Below, one piece after another: positions 31,460-41,611 of a DNA stretch of 64,000 bases. The position numbers were made by a program, and so were the translations under genes. The notes beneath the pieces are model-generated. The model was not told the origin of the DNA and did not search any database. It was given only the letters and a program-made list of their open reading frames with translations. The DNA is taken from contig CAWGYQ010000007.1 in assembly GCA_963826865.1 (NCBI GenBank), positions 278,665 through 342,664 on the forward strand, in the 5' to 3' direction. This DNA is from an uncultured Acidobacteriota bacterium. Lineage in GTDB: Bacteria > Acidobacteriota > Vicinamibacteria > Vicinamibacterales > CAVPJW01. Position 1 is the stretch's first letter. Every line of letters starts with the position of its first letter.

Positions 31460-32746
31460 CCCTTGCGCTGCTCCATGGGCACGAACGTCCGCGGATTCTC
31501 CCCGATGTAGATCTGCCGCGGCCGCGCGATCTTCTGCTCTGGGTCCAGGAGCATTTCCTCCCACTGCGCGATCCACCCGGCCGTGCGCGGAATCGCAAAG
31601 AGCACGGGGAACATCTCGAGCGGGAAGCCCATGGCCTGATAGATCAGCCCCGAATAGAAGTCCACGTTCGGATACAGCTTGCGCGTCACGAAGTAGTCGT
31701 CCTGCAGGGCGATCCGCTCGAGCTCGAGCGCGATCTCGAGCAGCGGGTTGCGGCCCGTGACGGTGAACACCAGATCCGCGATGCGCTTGATCACCTTGGC
31801 GCGCGGGTCGTACGACTTGTACACGCGGTGGCCGAATCCCATCAGGCGGCCTTCGCCGTCCTTGACGCGCTTGATGAAGTCGGGAACGTTCTTGACGGTG
31901 CCGATTTCCTCGAGCATCCGGAGCACCGCCTCGTTGGCGCCGCCGTGCAAGGGTCCGTAGAGTGCCGCTGCGGCGGCGGCCAGCGCCGAGTACGGGATCG
32001 ACGTGCGAGCTGCCGACGTTGCGCATGGCCGAGGTGCTGCAGTTCTGCTCGTGATCGGCGTGGAGAATGAAGAGCACGTCCAGTGCCTTCTCGAGCACGG
32101 GGTTCGGCTGGTACTTCAGCTCGGTCATCTTGAACAGCATGTTCAGGAAGTTGCCCGTGAAGCTCAAATCGTTGTCCGGGTACACATACGGGCGTCCGAT
32201 GCTGTGGCGGTAGGCGTAGGCCGCGATGCTCGGCACCTTGGCGATGAGGCGATGTGTCTGGCGCCCACGCGCGCGCTCGTCGAAGATGTCCTTCGCGTCG
32301 GGGTAGAAGGTGGACAGCGCTCCGACCGTGCTCAGAAAGATGCCCATCGGGTGGGCGTCGTATTGAAATCCCTCCATGAACTTCTTGATGTTTTCATGGA
32401 GCATGGTGTGCATCGTGATCTCGTACACCCATGACTTCATCTGGGAGGCGGTCGGAAGCTCGCCGAAGAGAATCAGATAGGCGGTCTCGAGATAGTTGCT
32501 GTCTTCCGCGAGTTGCTCGATAGGGTAGCCGCGGTAGAGGAGCACGCCGTTGTCGCCATCGATGAAGGTGATTCGGCTTCGACACGCGGCGGTGTTGAGC
32601 AGGGCCGGATCGTAGGTCATCAATCCGAAGTCTTCCGGCGAGGCCTTGATCTGCCGAAGATCCATGGCACGAATGGTCTCGTCCTGGATGGGGATTTCGT
32701 ACTGCTTTCCGGTGCGGTTGTCGGTGATGGTCAGCGTGTCGGCCAT
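31456..32746 (-). pseudogene. gltA: Citrate synthase with one single-base insertion (possible sequencing error)
   Basis: The N-terminal 250 aa (…[24 protein letters not shown]) and the C-terminal 164 aa (from ATG 31950; homology continues upstream as [24 protein letters not shown]…PRQIYIG) lie in frames offset by 1. The extra base maps to plus-strand c at 31993 (ccc[g]tac on the coding strand). The length is 1291 nt. Confidence 0.9.
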
Positions 32747-32773
32747 GGTGTCTGAGCTGCTGATGTGAACCCG

Positions 32774-33004
32774 CTATTCGCTCGGCTCGTGACGCTCGTC
32801 CGGCGGGAGGACGGGCTCGCCAGGCACCCGGTAGCGGTCGCCAGCCCAGCGCGCGAGATCCTGCAGCTTGCATCGCTCGCTGCAGAACGGTCGCCACGTC
32901 GGGGAGGCGGGCTGCTTCCGGCAGAAAACGCAGACGAGATCCGGCTCGACGATCGGCGCCTCGCGCTCGTCCACCACGTTCCGCGTCATTCTAAGGTGTG
33001 GCAC
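32774..33004 (-). CDS. yacG: DNA gyrase inhibitor YacG-like zinc-finger protein
   Basis: 76-aa ORF. Has CVFCRKQ...[15 protein letters not shown], the YacG zinc-ribbon pattern. The start could be an internal Met. Confidence 0.75.
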   Translation of the reverse strand: MPHLRMTRNVVDEREAPIVEPDLVCVFCRKQPASPTWRPFCSERCKLQDLARWAGDRYRVPGEPVLPPDERHEPSE

Positions 33005-33077
33005 GCGAGCCCAGCAAGCACGGCGCCTGCGGACCCGGAACGCCGGCAGCCGGCCGGCCCGAACTCGTCGGCGGGCC

Positions 33078-33758
33078 TCAGAGCTCCGGCGCGTCCCCGC
33101 TGTGATGCCGGACGTCCTTGGCGGACACCATGAAGATGACGTCCTCGGCCACGTTGGTCGCGTGATCGCCGATGCGCTCGAGGTGGCGCGAGATGAGAAT
33201 CAGGTCGAGCGAGGGCTCGATCGTGGCGGTGTCCTGCAGCATGTAGGTGAGCAGCTCACGGAAGATCTGGGTCTTCAGGGCGTCGAGCTCGTCGTCCCGG
33301 TTGAGCACCTGGCGGGCGAGTGTCGTATCGCGCCGGACATAGGCGTCGAGCGCATCTCGCAACATGCCCTGCGCGATGTTCCCCATGCGCGGAATGTCAA
33401 TCAGCTTCTTGACCGGTGGGTGCTGGGCGTAACGACGGGCGGCTTCCGCGATGTTGACCGCGAGATCCCCGACGCGCTCCAGATCCGTGTTGATCTTGAC
33501 GGCCGCGACGATGGCGCGAAGATCCACGGCCATCGGCTGGTACAGCGCCAGGAGCTGGAAGGCACGCCGGTCGAGCTCGATGTGCAGATGGTTGATCGGC
33601 TCGTCGCCAACCATGACCTGCTCGATCAACCGGGCGTCACGGCTGGCGAGCGCGTCGACCGCCAGCTGAACGCGCTCCTCGGCCAGGCCGCCCATGGTCA
33701 ACAGCCGCTCTTTGAGCGTCGCCAGCTCCTCCAGGAAGTGCGGAACCACCCGTTCCAT
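33078..33758 (-). CDS. phoU: Phosphate signaling complex protein PhoU
   Basis: 226-aa ORF with two PhoU repeats ([14 protein letters not shown] and [18 protein letters not shown]). Lies directly downstream of pstB. Confidence 0.95.
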   Translation of the reverse strand: MERVVPHFLEELATLKERLLTMGGLAEERVQLAVDALASRDARLIEQVMVGDEPINHLHIELDRRAFQLLALYQPMAVDLRAIVAAVKINTDLERVGDLAVNIAEAARRYAQHPPVKKLIDIPRMGNIAQGMLRDALDAYVRRDTTLARQVLNRDDELDALKTQIFRELLTYMLQDTATIEPSLDLILISRHLERIGDHATNVAEDVIFMVSAKDVRHHSGDAPEL

Positions 33759-33772
33759 CTATGCCCTCGTTG

Positions 33773-34600
33773 TTAGCCGAATCGGCCGGTCACGTAGTCT
33801 TCTGTCAGCTTTTCGGCCGGGGCCGTGAAAATCTGTCCGGTCCGGTCGTACTCGATCAGTTTCCCGAGCCAGAAAAACGCGGTGTAGTCGGAAACCCTGG
33901 CCGCCTGCTGCATATTGTGGGTGACGATGACGATCGTGTAGTCGCGCTTCAGCGTGTAAATCAGTTCCTCGATGTGCTGCGTCGCGATCGGGTCGAGCGC
34001 CGACGCGGGCTCGTCCATCAGCAGGATTTCGGGACGCACGGCCAGCGCGCGAGCGATGCACAGCCGCTGTTGCTGACCGCCTGAGAGCGCCAGCGCCGAG
34101 TCGTGGAGCCGATCGCTCACTTCGTCCCAGAGCGCCGCCTGTTTGAGGCTCTCTTCCACGCGCGCCGCGGTCTCCGACCGCGAGCCGGCCATGCCATTGA
34201 TGCGCAGGCCATAGGCGATGTTCTCGAAAATGGTCTTTGGAAACGGGTTCGACTTCTGGAAGACCATGCCGACGCGGCGCCGAAGCTGGACGACATCCAC
34301 GCCAGGGCCGTAGACATCGGTGCCGTCGATGAGCACCCGTCCCTCCACGCGCGTGTCAGCAATGATGTCGTTCATCCGGTTCAGCGTGCGCAGGAAGGTG
34401 CTCTTGCCACAACCCGAGGGGCCGATGAATGCCGTGACCAGGTTGGCGCGAATCTCGATGCTGATCTGATGGAGCGCCGCCTTCGGGCCGTAGAAGAAAT
34501 CGAGGTTCTGCACCGCGATCTTCACGGGCTTGCTGCCGGTGTCCTCGGTGGCCCGGGTGGCTATGCCGCTGAGCGACGCGACGCTCGACGTGGGCGTCAT
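33773..34600 (-). CDS. pstB: Phosphate ABC transporter ATP-binding protein PstB
   Basis: Start set at ATG 34600 (MTPTSS…), overlapping the pstA stop (ATGA). Has Walker [10 protein letters not shown], the signature [14 protein letters not shown] and Walker B ILLMDEP. The upstream extension in the track ORF is low-complexity. Confidence 0.95.
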   Translation of the reverse strand: MTPTSSVASLSGIATRATEDTGSKPVKIAVQNLDFFYGPKAALHQISIEIRANLVTAFIGPSGCGKSTFLRTLNRMNDIIADTRVEGRVLIDGTDVYGPGVDVVQLRRRVGMVFQKSNPFPKTIFENIAYGLRINGMAGSRSETAARVEESLKQAALWDEVSDRLHDSALALSGGQQQRLCIARALAVRPEILLMDEPASALDPIATQHIEELIYTLKRDYTIVIVTHNMQQAARVSDYTAFFWLGKLIEYDRTGQIFTAPAEKLTEDYVTGRFG

Positions 34601-35502
34601 GACCACCGCCGGCGCTGATAGCGGTCGCGCAGCCAGATGGCCGTGGCGTTCATGGCCAGCAGCAGCACGAGCAGCACGATGATGCCGGCCGCCGCGTTCT
34701 GCGCGAAATCGGCCTGTGGACGCGACACCCAGTTGAAGATTTGGATTGGCAGCACCGTGAACGGCGACCACGGGCCATCGGGCAGGAACGGCACGTAGGT
34801 CAGGGCGCCGATCGCGATGAGCGGCGCCGTTTCGCCGATGGCCCGGGACATGGCCAGGATCAGTCCGGTGAGGATGCCCGGCGCGGCAACCGGCAGCACC
34901 TGGTACCAAATCGTCTGCCACTTGGTCGCGCCCAGCGCGTACGAGCCCTCTCTCAGAGAGGGCGGCACGGCTCGAATCGCCTCGCGCGTCGCGAGGATGA
35001 TGACCGGCAGCGCCAGTAGGGCAAGCGTCGCGGCGCCTGCCAGCACGCTGCGCCCGAGGGCCAGCGTGCGGACGAACAACCCGAGTCCGAGCAGACCGTA
35101 GATGATCGAGGGTACCGCGGCCAGGTTCGAGATATTGATCTCGATGAGCCGCGCCAGGCGGCTCCGCCCGCCGTACTCCTCGAGGTAGATCGCGGCGGCA
35201 ATGCCAATCGGCATCGCGATGAGCCCGGTCAGCGCAATCACGTAGAGGCTGCCGACCAACGCGGGAAGGATGCCCGCCATCGACGCGCGTCGCGACGGAT
35301 AGCTGGTGAGAAACTGCCAGCTGAGCCGCCCGAGGCCGTCACTGGCGACGTCCCACAGGAGCGCTGCCAGCGACCCGAGCGCCATGGCCAGGATGATGAC
35401 CGTGAGGATCTCGAACAACGGATCCTGCAGCCGGCGCCACAGCGTGCGGCCGTAACGGCCGCGGCCGGCGGCCATGCTCACCGACATCGTCTCGCTCGTC
35501 AC
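34597..35502 (-). CDS. pstA: Phosphate ABC transporter permease PstA
   Basis: 301-aa polytopic ORF with the EAA-loop region [16 protein letters not shown]. Lies between pstC and pstB. Confidence 0.95.
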   Translation of the reverse strand: MTSETMSVSMAAGRGRYGRTLWRRLQDPLFEILTVIILAMALGSLAALLWDVASDGLGRLSWQFLTSYPSRRASMAGILPALVGSLYVIALTGLIAMPIGIAAAIYLEEYGGRSRLARLIEINISNLAAVPSIIYGLLGLGLFVRTLALGRSVLAGAATLALLALPVIILATREAIRAVPPSLREGSYALGATKWQTIWYQVLPVAAPGILTGLILAMSRAIGETAPLIAIGALTYVPFLPDGPWSPFTVLPIQIFNWVSRPQADFAQNAAAGIIVLLVLLLAMNATAIWLRDRYQRRRWS

Positions 35503-36374
35503 GCGTATTCCTCGCGGTAGCGCTCACGCAGCCACGTGCTGACCAGGTTCAACGTGAACGTGCTGAAGAAGAGCAGCATGCCGACGGCGAAGATCGTGCG
35601 GTACTCGAGCGTTCCGGCCGGCGTGTCGCCGAGACTGACCTGGACGATGTAAGCCGTGAGCGTTTCGACAGGCACCAGCGGGTTGAGCGTCAGGCGCGGC
35701 TGCTGGCCGGCGGCAATCGCCACAATCATGGTTTCGCCGACGGCCCGCGACACCGCCAGGATGAATGCCGCGGTAATGCCAGAAAAGGCCGCGGGCACGA
35801 CCACCCCAAGCGTGGACTGCATACGGGTGGCGCCGAGCGCGTACGCGCCCTCACGCAGGCCGTTGGGAACGCCGTGCATGGCGTCCTCCGAGAGCGACGC
35901 CACGAGCGGCAGAATCATGATCCCCATGACGATGCCAGGACTGAGCGCGTTGAACCCGGAAAGACCGGGCACGAACCGCTGGAGGAGCGGTGTCACGAAG
36001 AGCAGCGCGAAATAGCCGTAGACCACTGTTGGAATGCCCGCCAGGATTTCAAGCATCGGCTTGATAGTGCGCCGCACACCCGGCTTGGCGAACTCGCTGA
36101 GGTAGATCGCGCTCAAGAGACCAGCGGGCAGTGCGACGATCATGGCAATGCCTGACACCAACATCGTGCCGGCAACCAGAGGCAGGACGCCGAACCGCTT
36201 CGTCGCGAACAGCGGGGTCCACTCGACACCGGTCAGGAACTCGACGATGGACACCTCCCGGAAGAACGCCAGGGTTTCGGCGAGCAGGACGACCACGATA
36301 CCGGCGGTGGTGAGGATCGACACCAATGCGCACACGAAGAGCAGGCGCTCGATCAGGGGTTCGATCCGCTTCAT
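35499..36374 (-). CDS. pstC: Phosphate ABC transporter permease PstC
   Basis: 291-aa polytopic ORF with the EAA loop [15 protein letters not shown]. It overlaps both pstS and pstA by 4 nt. Confidence 0.95.
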   Translation of the reverse strand: MKRIEPLIERLLFVCALVSILTTAGIVVVLLAETLAFFREVSIVEFLTGVEWTPLFATKRFGVLPLVAGTMLVSGIAMIVALPAGLLSAIYLSEFAKPGVRRTIKPMLEILAGIPTVVYGYFALLFVTPLLQRFVPGLSGFNALSPGIVMGIMILPLVASLSEDAMHGVPNGLREGAYALGATRMQSTLGVVVPAAFSGITAAFILAVSRAVGETMIVAIAAGQQPRLTLNPLVPVETLTAYIVQVSLGDTPAGTLEYRTIFAVGMLLFFSTFTLNLVSTWLRERYREEYA

Positions 36375-37405
36375 CGCTCGCGCGCCAGCAGATCCTCTAT
36401 CGTGACGCCGACGTTCGAGCCGCTCTCGAACACACTGCCGACCTTGAGCTTCTGGAATCGCTCGGAGGCCAGCTGGTAGCCCGCGTCGCCCAGGGGCACG
36501 TAGCCGACCTCACGAACGAGCGCCGGGGCCTCGTTCAGGTAGTAGTCGACGAACGCCTTCACCTCCGGGCGCTCGACGGAGCGGCGAGCGCCGTAGATGA
36601 AGATGGGTCGTGAGAGTGGCTGATAAGTGCCGTTCTTCACGGTGTCGGCGGTCGGCGCGATGGGGCCCTTGCCGTTGTCATCCTTGCCGTCGTCCACAGG
36701 CACGAGCTTGAGCTTGTCGTGATTGGCCTCGTAGTACGCGAAGCCGAAGAAGCCGAGCGCCAGTTCGTCGTTCGCGATGCCCTGGACGAGCACGTTGTCG
36801 TCCTCGCTCGACGTGAAGTCGCCCCGGCTCGCCTTTGCCTTGCCGACGATTGCCTCGGTGAAATAGTCGTAGGTGCCCGAATCCACCCCGGCGCCGAACA
36901 GATGTATCTCGCGATCGGGCCAGCCCGTGCGAATCTGGCTCCAGCGCGTGATCTTTTCCTGGGCCTCCGGCGCCCACAATTTGCGGAGCTCGGCGACGGT
37001 CATCGACTCCGCCCATGTGTTCTTGGGATTGACCACGATGGCCAGGCCGTCGTACGCGACCGGCAGCTCGATGAAGCTGATGTTTCCTGCCGCGCAGGCC
37101 GCTCGTTCGCTGGCGCTGATCGGACGCGACGCGTCGGCCACGTCGATTTCGCCGCGGCAGAATTTCTGGAAACCGCCGCCGGTGCCCGAAATGCCAACCG
37201 TCACCTTCGTTCCGGGATTGGCGCGCTGGAACTCTTCAGCCACGGCTTCGGTGATGGGATAGACGGTGCTCGATCCGTCCACGGTGATGATCTGCGGATC
37301 GACGCCGGTCGTGGCACCGGGAGCGGGCGCACCGCCTCCGCAGCCGGCTGTCAGCACCGCGGCGAGCCCGAGGGACAAGGGCATGCCTGGCAAACGTATG
37401 CTCAT
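36371..37405 (-). CDS. pstS: Phosphate-binding lipoprotein PstS
   Basis: Start set at ATG 37405 ([24 protein letters not shown], lipobox). Has periplasmic-binding motifs DGSSTVYP and [10 protein letters not shown]. Confidence 0.9.
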   Translation of the reverse strand: MSIRLPGMPLSLGLAAVLTAGCGGGAPAPGATTGVDPQIITVDGSSTVYPITEAVAEEFQRANPGTKVTVGISGTGGGFQKFCRGEIDVADASRPISASERAACAAGNISFIELPVAYDGLAIVVNPKNTWAESMTVAELRKLWAPEAQEKITRWSQIRTGWPDREIHLFGAGVDSGTYDYFTEAIVGKAKASRGDFTSSEDDNVLVQGIANDELALGFFGFAYYEANHDKLKLVPVDDGKDDNGKGPIAPTADTVKNGTYQPLSRPIFIYGARRSVERPEVKAFVDYYLNEAPALVREVGYVPLGDAGYQLASERFQKLKVGSVFESGSNVGVTIEDLLARER

Positions 37406-37479
37406 AGGTCTCAGCCTACTCGGGCGCGATTTCCCGGTGGTTTCGCTGGTGTTAAATTCGTGTAACAGCGGGCGCCACG

Positions 37480-38526
37480 CTAGAAACGGCCGGTTCGGCG
37501 CAGCGTGTCGAGCACGTTGTAGGTCGCCACGACGTCGAACCGGTGGTCGATGGGCACCAAAAAGTCGTTCTCGAAGGCTTTCGTGTAGAACGTCGTGACG
37601 GTCAGCCAGGGCGCCACCGCCCACGCGGTCATCACGAACACACGCTGACCCTGCAAAAAGCGGTCCGAGTTGAGCGCCGGGTAGTGCTGATCGATGGTCG
37701 TATAGCCGAGGACCGCGCGAAAATTACGCGCGAGCTGGCGCTCGCCCGACAACGACAAGCCGCCAGCCGGCTGCTCGCGCCACCGCTGGTACGCCTCCAG
37801 GCGGAAAGTCCCAAACGACGGCGTCCATGCCACACCGGCTCTCATCGTGCGCTCGCCGTCGGCGGCGGTGAAGTCGGTTGACCACGTGATCTGTTTGCTC
37901 AGCCGCTTCTGAAGGAGACCGTGGTAGTAATTCGGATCGTCGAACCCGTCGAAGCGTCCGAAGGCGTTGGGTTGGGAGAAATCGCTGAGCCTGGCGCTTG
38001 TCAGGCTGACCTGGTCGAACCAGATATCCTCCGGCCGCATGATCTGCACTCGCTCACCCACGAGATATCCATCCTCGTCATAGGTCGTGATCTCGGTGCT
38101 TTCCCCCCGAACCACGTACACGCTGCCGATCTGGACTTCGATCCCCTTGACGAGTGACAGCCCGCCGAAGAAGTGGCGGACCCTCACCGTGCCCACGGGG
38201 TCACCGGTACCGATGCCCGTGTTGTTCCAGCTGCTCACGAAGCTCGTGCCCGATGTCATGTTGCCGTGCACGTAATAGCGCCCCCCGTCGTCGAACTTGA
38301 ACCGGGCGCGGAGCTGCGTGCGGTACTGCTGCTGGTTGTTGATCAGCCGGCCCGTACTGTCCTCATACACCCGGTAGCGTGTCCCGATTGACGCGGTCTC
38401 GAACAGGAGCCATCGCCGGATCGCCGGATCGGGTCGGGGAGGGGCGGGTTGGGTCTGACCGAAGACGGGGACCGCCGACGCGACGACAAGGCACGCGGCG
38501 GCGAGGCCGCGCGCGACTCTCGACAC
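37480..38526 (-). CDS. Outer-membrane beta-barrel porin-like protein upstream of pstS (possible phosphate-selective porin)
   Basis: Start set at GTG 38526 ([24 protein letters not shown] signal). Has alternating amphipathic strands rich in Y/F/W/G and a C-terminus ending ...RRTGRF. Any role in phosphate uptake is inferred from position only. Confidence 0.6.
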   Translation of the reverse strand: MSRVARGLAAACLVVASAVPVFGQTQPAPPRPDPAIRRWLLFETASIGTRYRVYEDSTGRLINNQQQYRTQLRARFKFDDGGRYYVHGNMTSGTSFVSSWNNTGIGTGDPVGTVRVRHFFGGLSLVKGIEVQIGSVYVVRGESTEITTYDEDGYLVGERVQIMRPEDIWFDQVSLTSARLSDFSQPNAFGRFDGFDDPNYYHGLLQKRLSKQITWSTDFTAADGERTMRAGVAWTPSFGTFRLEAYQRWREQPAGGLSLSGERQLARNFRAVLGYTTIDQHYPALNSDRFLQGQRVFVMTAWAVAPWLTVTTFYTKAFENDFLVPIDHRFDVVATYNVLDTLRRTGRF

Positions 38527-38573
38527 GGCGGCAATTGTAGTGCGGGCAGGTTTGGGGGGCCAGCCTGACGAGG

Positions 38574-39347
38574 TCAGCTCGCGGGGTTCACCGGTTCTGG
38601 TGCGTTGTCCGTGGTTGTGAGGAATTCCTGTACCTGACGACGGAGCTCGTCCTGGATCGTGTCGACGTCGCGACGGGCGTCGAGGACTCGGAAGTGGAAC
38701 TCTTCGGCCATCGAGGTGTACTCGCGAAGCAGCTTGCTCTGATAGGCGCGGAAGCTGTCGTAGATATCGTCCCCGTGCTTCAGATCCATGCCCGATTCCC
38801 AGAAGTCCATTCCGCCCGACTGCAGGACACGACGGATCAGCGTATCCACGTCTACTTTCAGATAGAAGACCAGGTGCGGGGCAATGCCAAAGCCGTACAG
38901 GCTGCGCAGCCACGCCCGGTCCACGCCGCGCACGCCGGCCCGCGCGAGCGCCGAGAAGATATAGCGATCGGCAAGGACGATGAACCCGGCCTTGAGCGCC
39001 GGAATGATCTCTTTTTCGAGGCGGTCTGCGAAGTCGGTGGCGTAGAGCAGCACGAAGGTGAGCTTGTTGAGCGTGTTACTCGACTTGGCGAGCTCGATCG
39101 TGGGCTGCATCAGCTCCGATCGCGTCCACCCGGTTTCGACGACGCCGTAGCCCTGCACCTCGAGCCATTCCCTGAGTCGGTCGATTTGAGTGGTCCGGCC
39201 GACGCCGTCGGTGCCCTCGATGGCGATGAGTTTTCCGGGATAGCCATCGATCGGCAGGTAGGGCAGTCCGTCGCCGTAGTATCGGCCGGGCTGTATGCCG
39301 CTGGTGGCGACGTCAGTCGGTTGTTCCGGTTCGTCGCTCATCGGCAT
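38574..39347 (-). CDS. Thymidylate-kinase-like P-loop protein, Walker A Lys replaced by Arg
   Basis: 257-aa ORF. Has IAIEGTDGVGRTTQ (GxxGxGR-T), LYATDFADRL and LADRYIFSALA. It is a clear paralog of the upstream gene, and its start overlaps that gene by 35 nt. Confidence 0.75.
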   Translation of the reverse strand: MPMSDEPEQPTDVATSGIQPGRYYGDGLPYLPIDGYPGKLIAIEGTDGVGRTTQIDRLREWLEVQGYGVVETGWTRSELMQPTIELAKSSNTLNKLTFVLLYATDFADRLEKEIIPALKAGFIVLADRYIFSALARAGVRGVDRAWLRSLYGFGIAPHLVFYLKVDVDTLIRRVLQSGGMDFWESGMDLKHGDDIYDSFRAYQSKLLREYTSMAEEFHFRVLDARRDVDTIQDELRRQVQEFLTTTDNAPEPVNPAS

Positions 39348-40008
39348 TCTCCAGGTATCGCGAGATCAATCGTCGTACGATGCGCTGCTGCTCCGTGATG
39401 CTGGCTGAGGCGTCCACCACCGCGAGGCCCGACTCCTCGACGATCCGATCGTATTCCTCGAGCACCTTGCTCTGGAACAGGCGAAAGCTCTCGACCGGGT
39501 TGGTGCTCCAGCCCATATCCATGCCGGCCTCATAGAACTTCAGCTTCACGCGGCGCGCCAGCAAACGGTCGAGCGAGACCGCGATCGGTACGCGGAAGTA
39601 GAGCGTCATGTCCGGCTTCACCGCGAAGCTGTAGAGGGCCCGGACCCAGTTACGATCGACGCCGCGGGCCACGTCGCGCGCGAAGGCCGTGTAGGCGTAG
39701 CGGTCGGCGAGCACGATCATCCCGGCCTTGAGCGGCGGAATGATCTTGTAGAGCAACCGATCAGCGAAGTCGGTTGCGTGAAGCAGGCTGAAGGTCATCG
39801 GCGTGAGGGCGTTCTTCTTCTTGCCGGTCTTGGTGGCGGCCTTGACCAGCGCCGACGAGTTCCACTCGGTCACGAACACGCGGTGTCCGGCGTTGTCCAG
39901 CCACTTGGCGAGCAGCCCCAGCTGCGTCGTTTTTCCCGACCCGTCGATCCCCTCGACGACGAACAGCTTGCCGGGATACTCGTGTGGCGTTGTCAGTATG
40001 TTCAGCAT
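39313..40008 (-). CDS. Thymidylate-kinase-like P-loop kinase
   Basis: 231-aa ORF. Has FVVEGIDGSGKTTQ (canonical Walker A), LHATDFADRL and LADRYAYTAFA (DRY-type). It lacks the TREPGGT motif of canonical Tmk (reads VTEWNSS). Confidence 0.8.
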   Translation of the reverse strand: MLNILTTPHEYPGKLFVVEGIDGSGKTTQLGLLAKWLDNAGHRVFVTEWNSSALVKAATKTGKKKNALTPMTFSLLHATDFADRLLYKIIPPLKAGMIVLADRYAYTAFARDVARGVDRNWVRALYSFAVKPDMTLYFRVPIAVSLDRLLARRVKLKFYEAGMDMGWSTNPVESFRLFQSKVLEEYDRIVEESGLAVVDASASITEQQRIVRRLISRYLENADERRTGTTD

Positions 40009-41548
40009 GGCTTGCTCCGATGGCCTCGACGACGACCGGCTTGCCGACCAGCTGCTCGAACGGCTCGATGTGCCGTCCGGCGGCCCAGACTTCCAGCTCG
40101 GCGTCTCCGGCGGTGCGGACCTTCAATCGATATTTGGCGCCACGGTCCTGGAGTTCGACCGCGGCGATGGTTTGGGCATGGCTTCGATCCAGACCCTCGG
40201 CCAGCCTCAGGATGGCCGAGAGGGTTCGGACGGTGCGCCGCAGCTTTCCCGAGAGCTTGCCGTAGCCGTCATGCACCTTCTTGGGCGTAGCACTCCGGTG
40301 ATAACGTGCAACGAGGCCAATCACCTCGATCTCCTCCGGCTCGAACCCGCGAAGGTCGCCGTTCTTGATCAGGTAGTACCAGTGCTTGTGATGCCGGGGA
40401 TAGCTGATATGGACCCCGACGTCGTGCAGGAGAGCTGCGAAGTCGAGCCACTCGCGCTCCCGATCGCCGAGTCCATGAACGGGCTTGGTCTGATCGAAGA
40501 GCCCGAGCGCGAGCTTGGTGACCTGCGTGGCGTGCTCCGGCCAGTAACTGCAACGCTCGGCGAGCTCGATGCTGCTGCGGCGCCTGATATCGGGATAGCG
40601 ATCCACCTGCGCAATGTGCTGCTTGTTACGCCGGATGTAATCGATGATCAGTCCTTCGCGCAGCGCCAGATCGCAGAGCGTGAACTCGCTGGCGCCCAGC
40701 ATTCGAAGCATGGTGTCGAACAGCGCGGCGCCCGCCACGACGAGATCCGCGCGGCGTGGGTCTTGGCCTGGAATCTTGAGCCGCTCCTGCAGATTGAGCT
40801 GCACGACCGACTTGCGAAACTTGTGAAGCTGCTTGGCAGGAATGCGAAGGTTGCGCAGATCGTTCGGCACGCTGCCGCGCATCTCCATGGCACACACGGC
40901 GCCGAGGCTCAGGATCGTGCCCGAAGTGCCGATGACCCGATCGTACCCGGCGGCTACGATCTGCCGGAGGTGCTCGCCAAGCTCACTGGTGACGTGCTTC
41001 ACCAGGCGGCGTTCGTCCTTGCCGGTAATCGGGTCGGTGCGCACGAATTTTTCGGTCAGCCGAATGACGCCCAACTTGAAGCTCTTGGCGAGCTGCACGG
41101 CTGACGCGGTGCCCAGCGTGACCTCGACGCTGCCTCCCCCGATGTCGATGACCACGGCCGTCGAGCCACTCACGTCGACGCCGTAGACGGCGGCCAGATG
41201 GATGAGGCGGGCTTCCTCGGTCCCGGAAATGATCTGAGGACGGATGCCTGTCTGGCGTTCGATCGCGGCCAGGAACTCGCCGCCGTTTTCCGCCTCGCGT
41301 GTGGCGCTCGTTGCGGCTGCTAGGATGTGATCGACTCGGTGCGACTCGGCCAGCAGGCGAAATTTCGCGAGCGCGTGCAGAGCCGCGCCCATCGCTTCGG
41401 CCGTCAGCTTTCGGCCACCGAGGCCGCCAGCCCCCAGCCGGACCATCTCCTTCTCGCGATCGATGACCTCGAACGACAGATCGGGACGGACCTGGACCAC
41501 AATCATGTGGACCGAGTTCGTCCCGATGTCGATAGCCGCTATCCGCAT
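39761..41548 (-). CDS. ppx: Exopolyphosphatase / guanosine pentaphosphate phosphohydrolase (Ppx/GppA) with HD domain; 3' end uncertain
   Basis: Has ASKHA motifs IAAIDIGTNSVHM and VIDIGGGSVE, and an HD region (LLHDVGVHISYPRHHKH). Recognisable sequence ends near ...GKPVVVEAIG (about 40020). The last ~80 aa are Arg-rich and overlap the next gene by 248 nt. An alternative frame stops at 40002-40004. Confidence 0.85.
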   Translation of the reverse strand: MRIAAIDIGTNSVHMIVVQVRPDLSFEVIDREKEMVRLGAGGLGGRKLTAEAMGAALHALAKFRLLAESHRVDHILAAATSATREAENGGEFLAAIERQTGIRPQIISGTEEARLIHLAAVYGVDVSGSTAVVIDIGGGSVEVTLGTASAVQLAKSFKLGVIRLTEKFVRTDPITGKDERRLVKHVTSELGEHLRQIVAAGYDRVIGTSGTILSLGAVCAMEMRGSVPNDLRNLRIPAKQLHKFRKSVVQLNLQERLKIPGQDPRRADLVVAGAALFDTMLRMLGASEFTLCDLALREGLIIDYIRRNKQHIAQVDRYPDIRRRSSIELAERCSYWPEHATQVTKLALGLFDQTKPVHGLGDREREWLDFAALLHDVGVHISYPRHHKHWYYLIKNGDLRGFEPEEIEVIGLVARYHRSATPKKVHDGYGKLSGKLRRTVRTLSAILRLAEGLDRSHAQTIAAVELQDRGAKYRLKVRTAGDAELEVWAAGRHIEPFEQLVGKPVVVEAIGASHAEHTDNATRVSRQAVRRRGDRRVGKNDAAGAARQVAGQRRTPRVRDRVELVGAGQGRHQDRQEEERPHADDLQPASRNRLR

Positions 41549-41611
41549 GTGAACGTTGGAGTTATTGGATGACTGGCACGCGGTTGCGCCAGCGCGTGAG
41601 GCCTATCTATA

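Noticed and set aside
30545-32746. Single 733-aa ORF that looks like a citrate synthase-peptidase fusion protein.
   Set aside because: The middle third ([23 protein letters not shown]...) is out-of-frame read-through of the gltA 3' half. The real gltA C-terminus is the 31456-31950 ORF. The peptidase has its own ATG and signal peptide at 31459.
36371-38913. Long N-terminal extensions of the pstS (417 aa) and porin (477 aa) track ORFs.
   Set aside because: The extensions are Arg/Pro/Ser-rich and precede clear signal peptides (the lipobox LTAGCGG, and [24 protein letters not shown]). Starts were therefore moved to 37405 and 38526.
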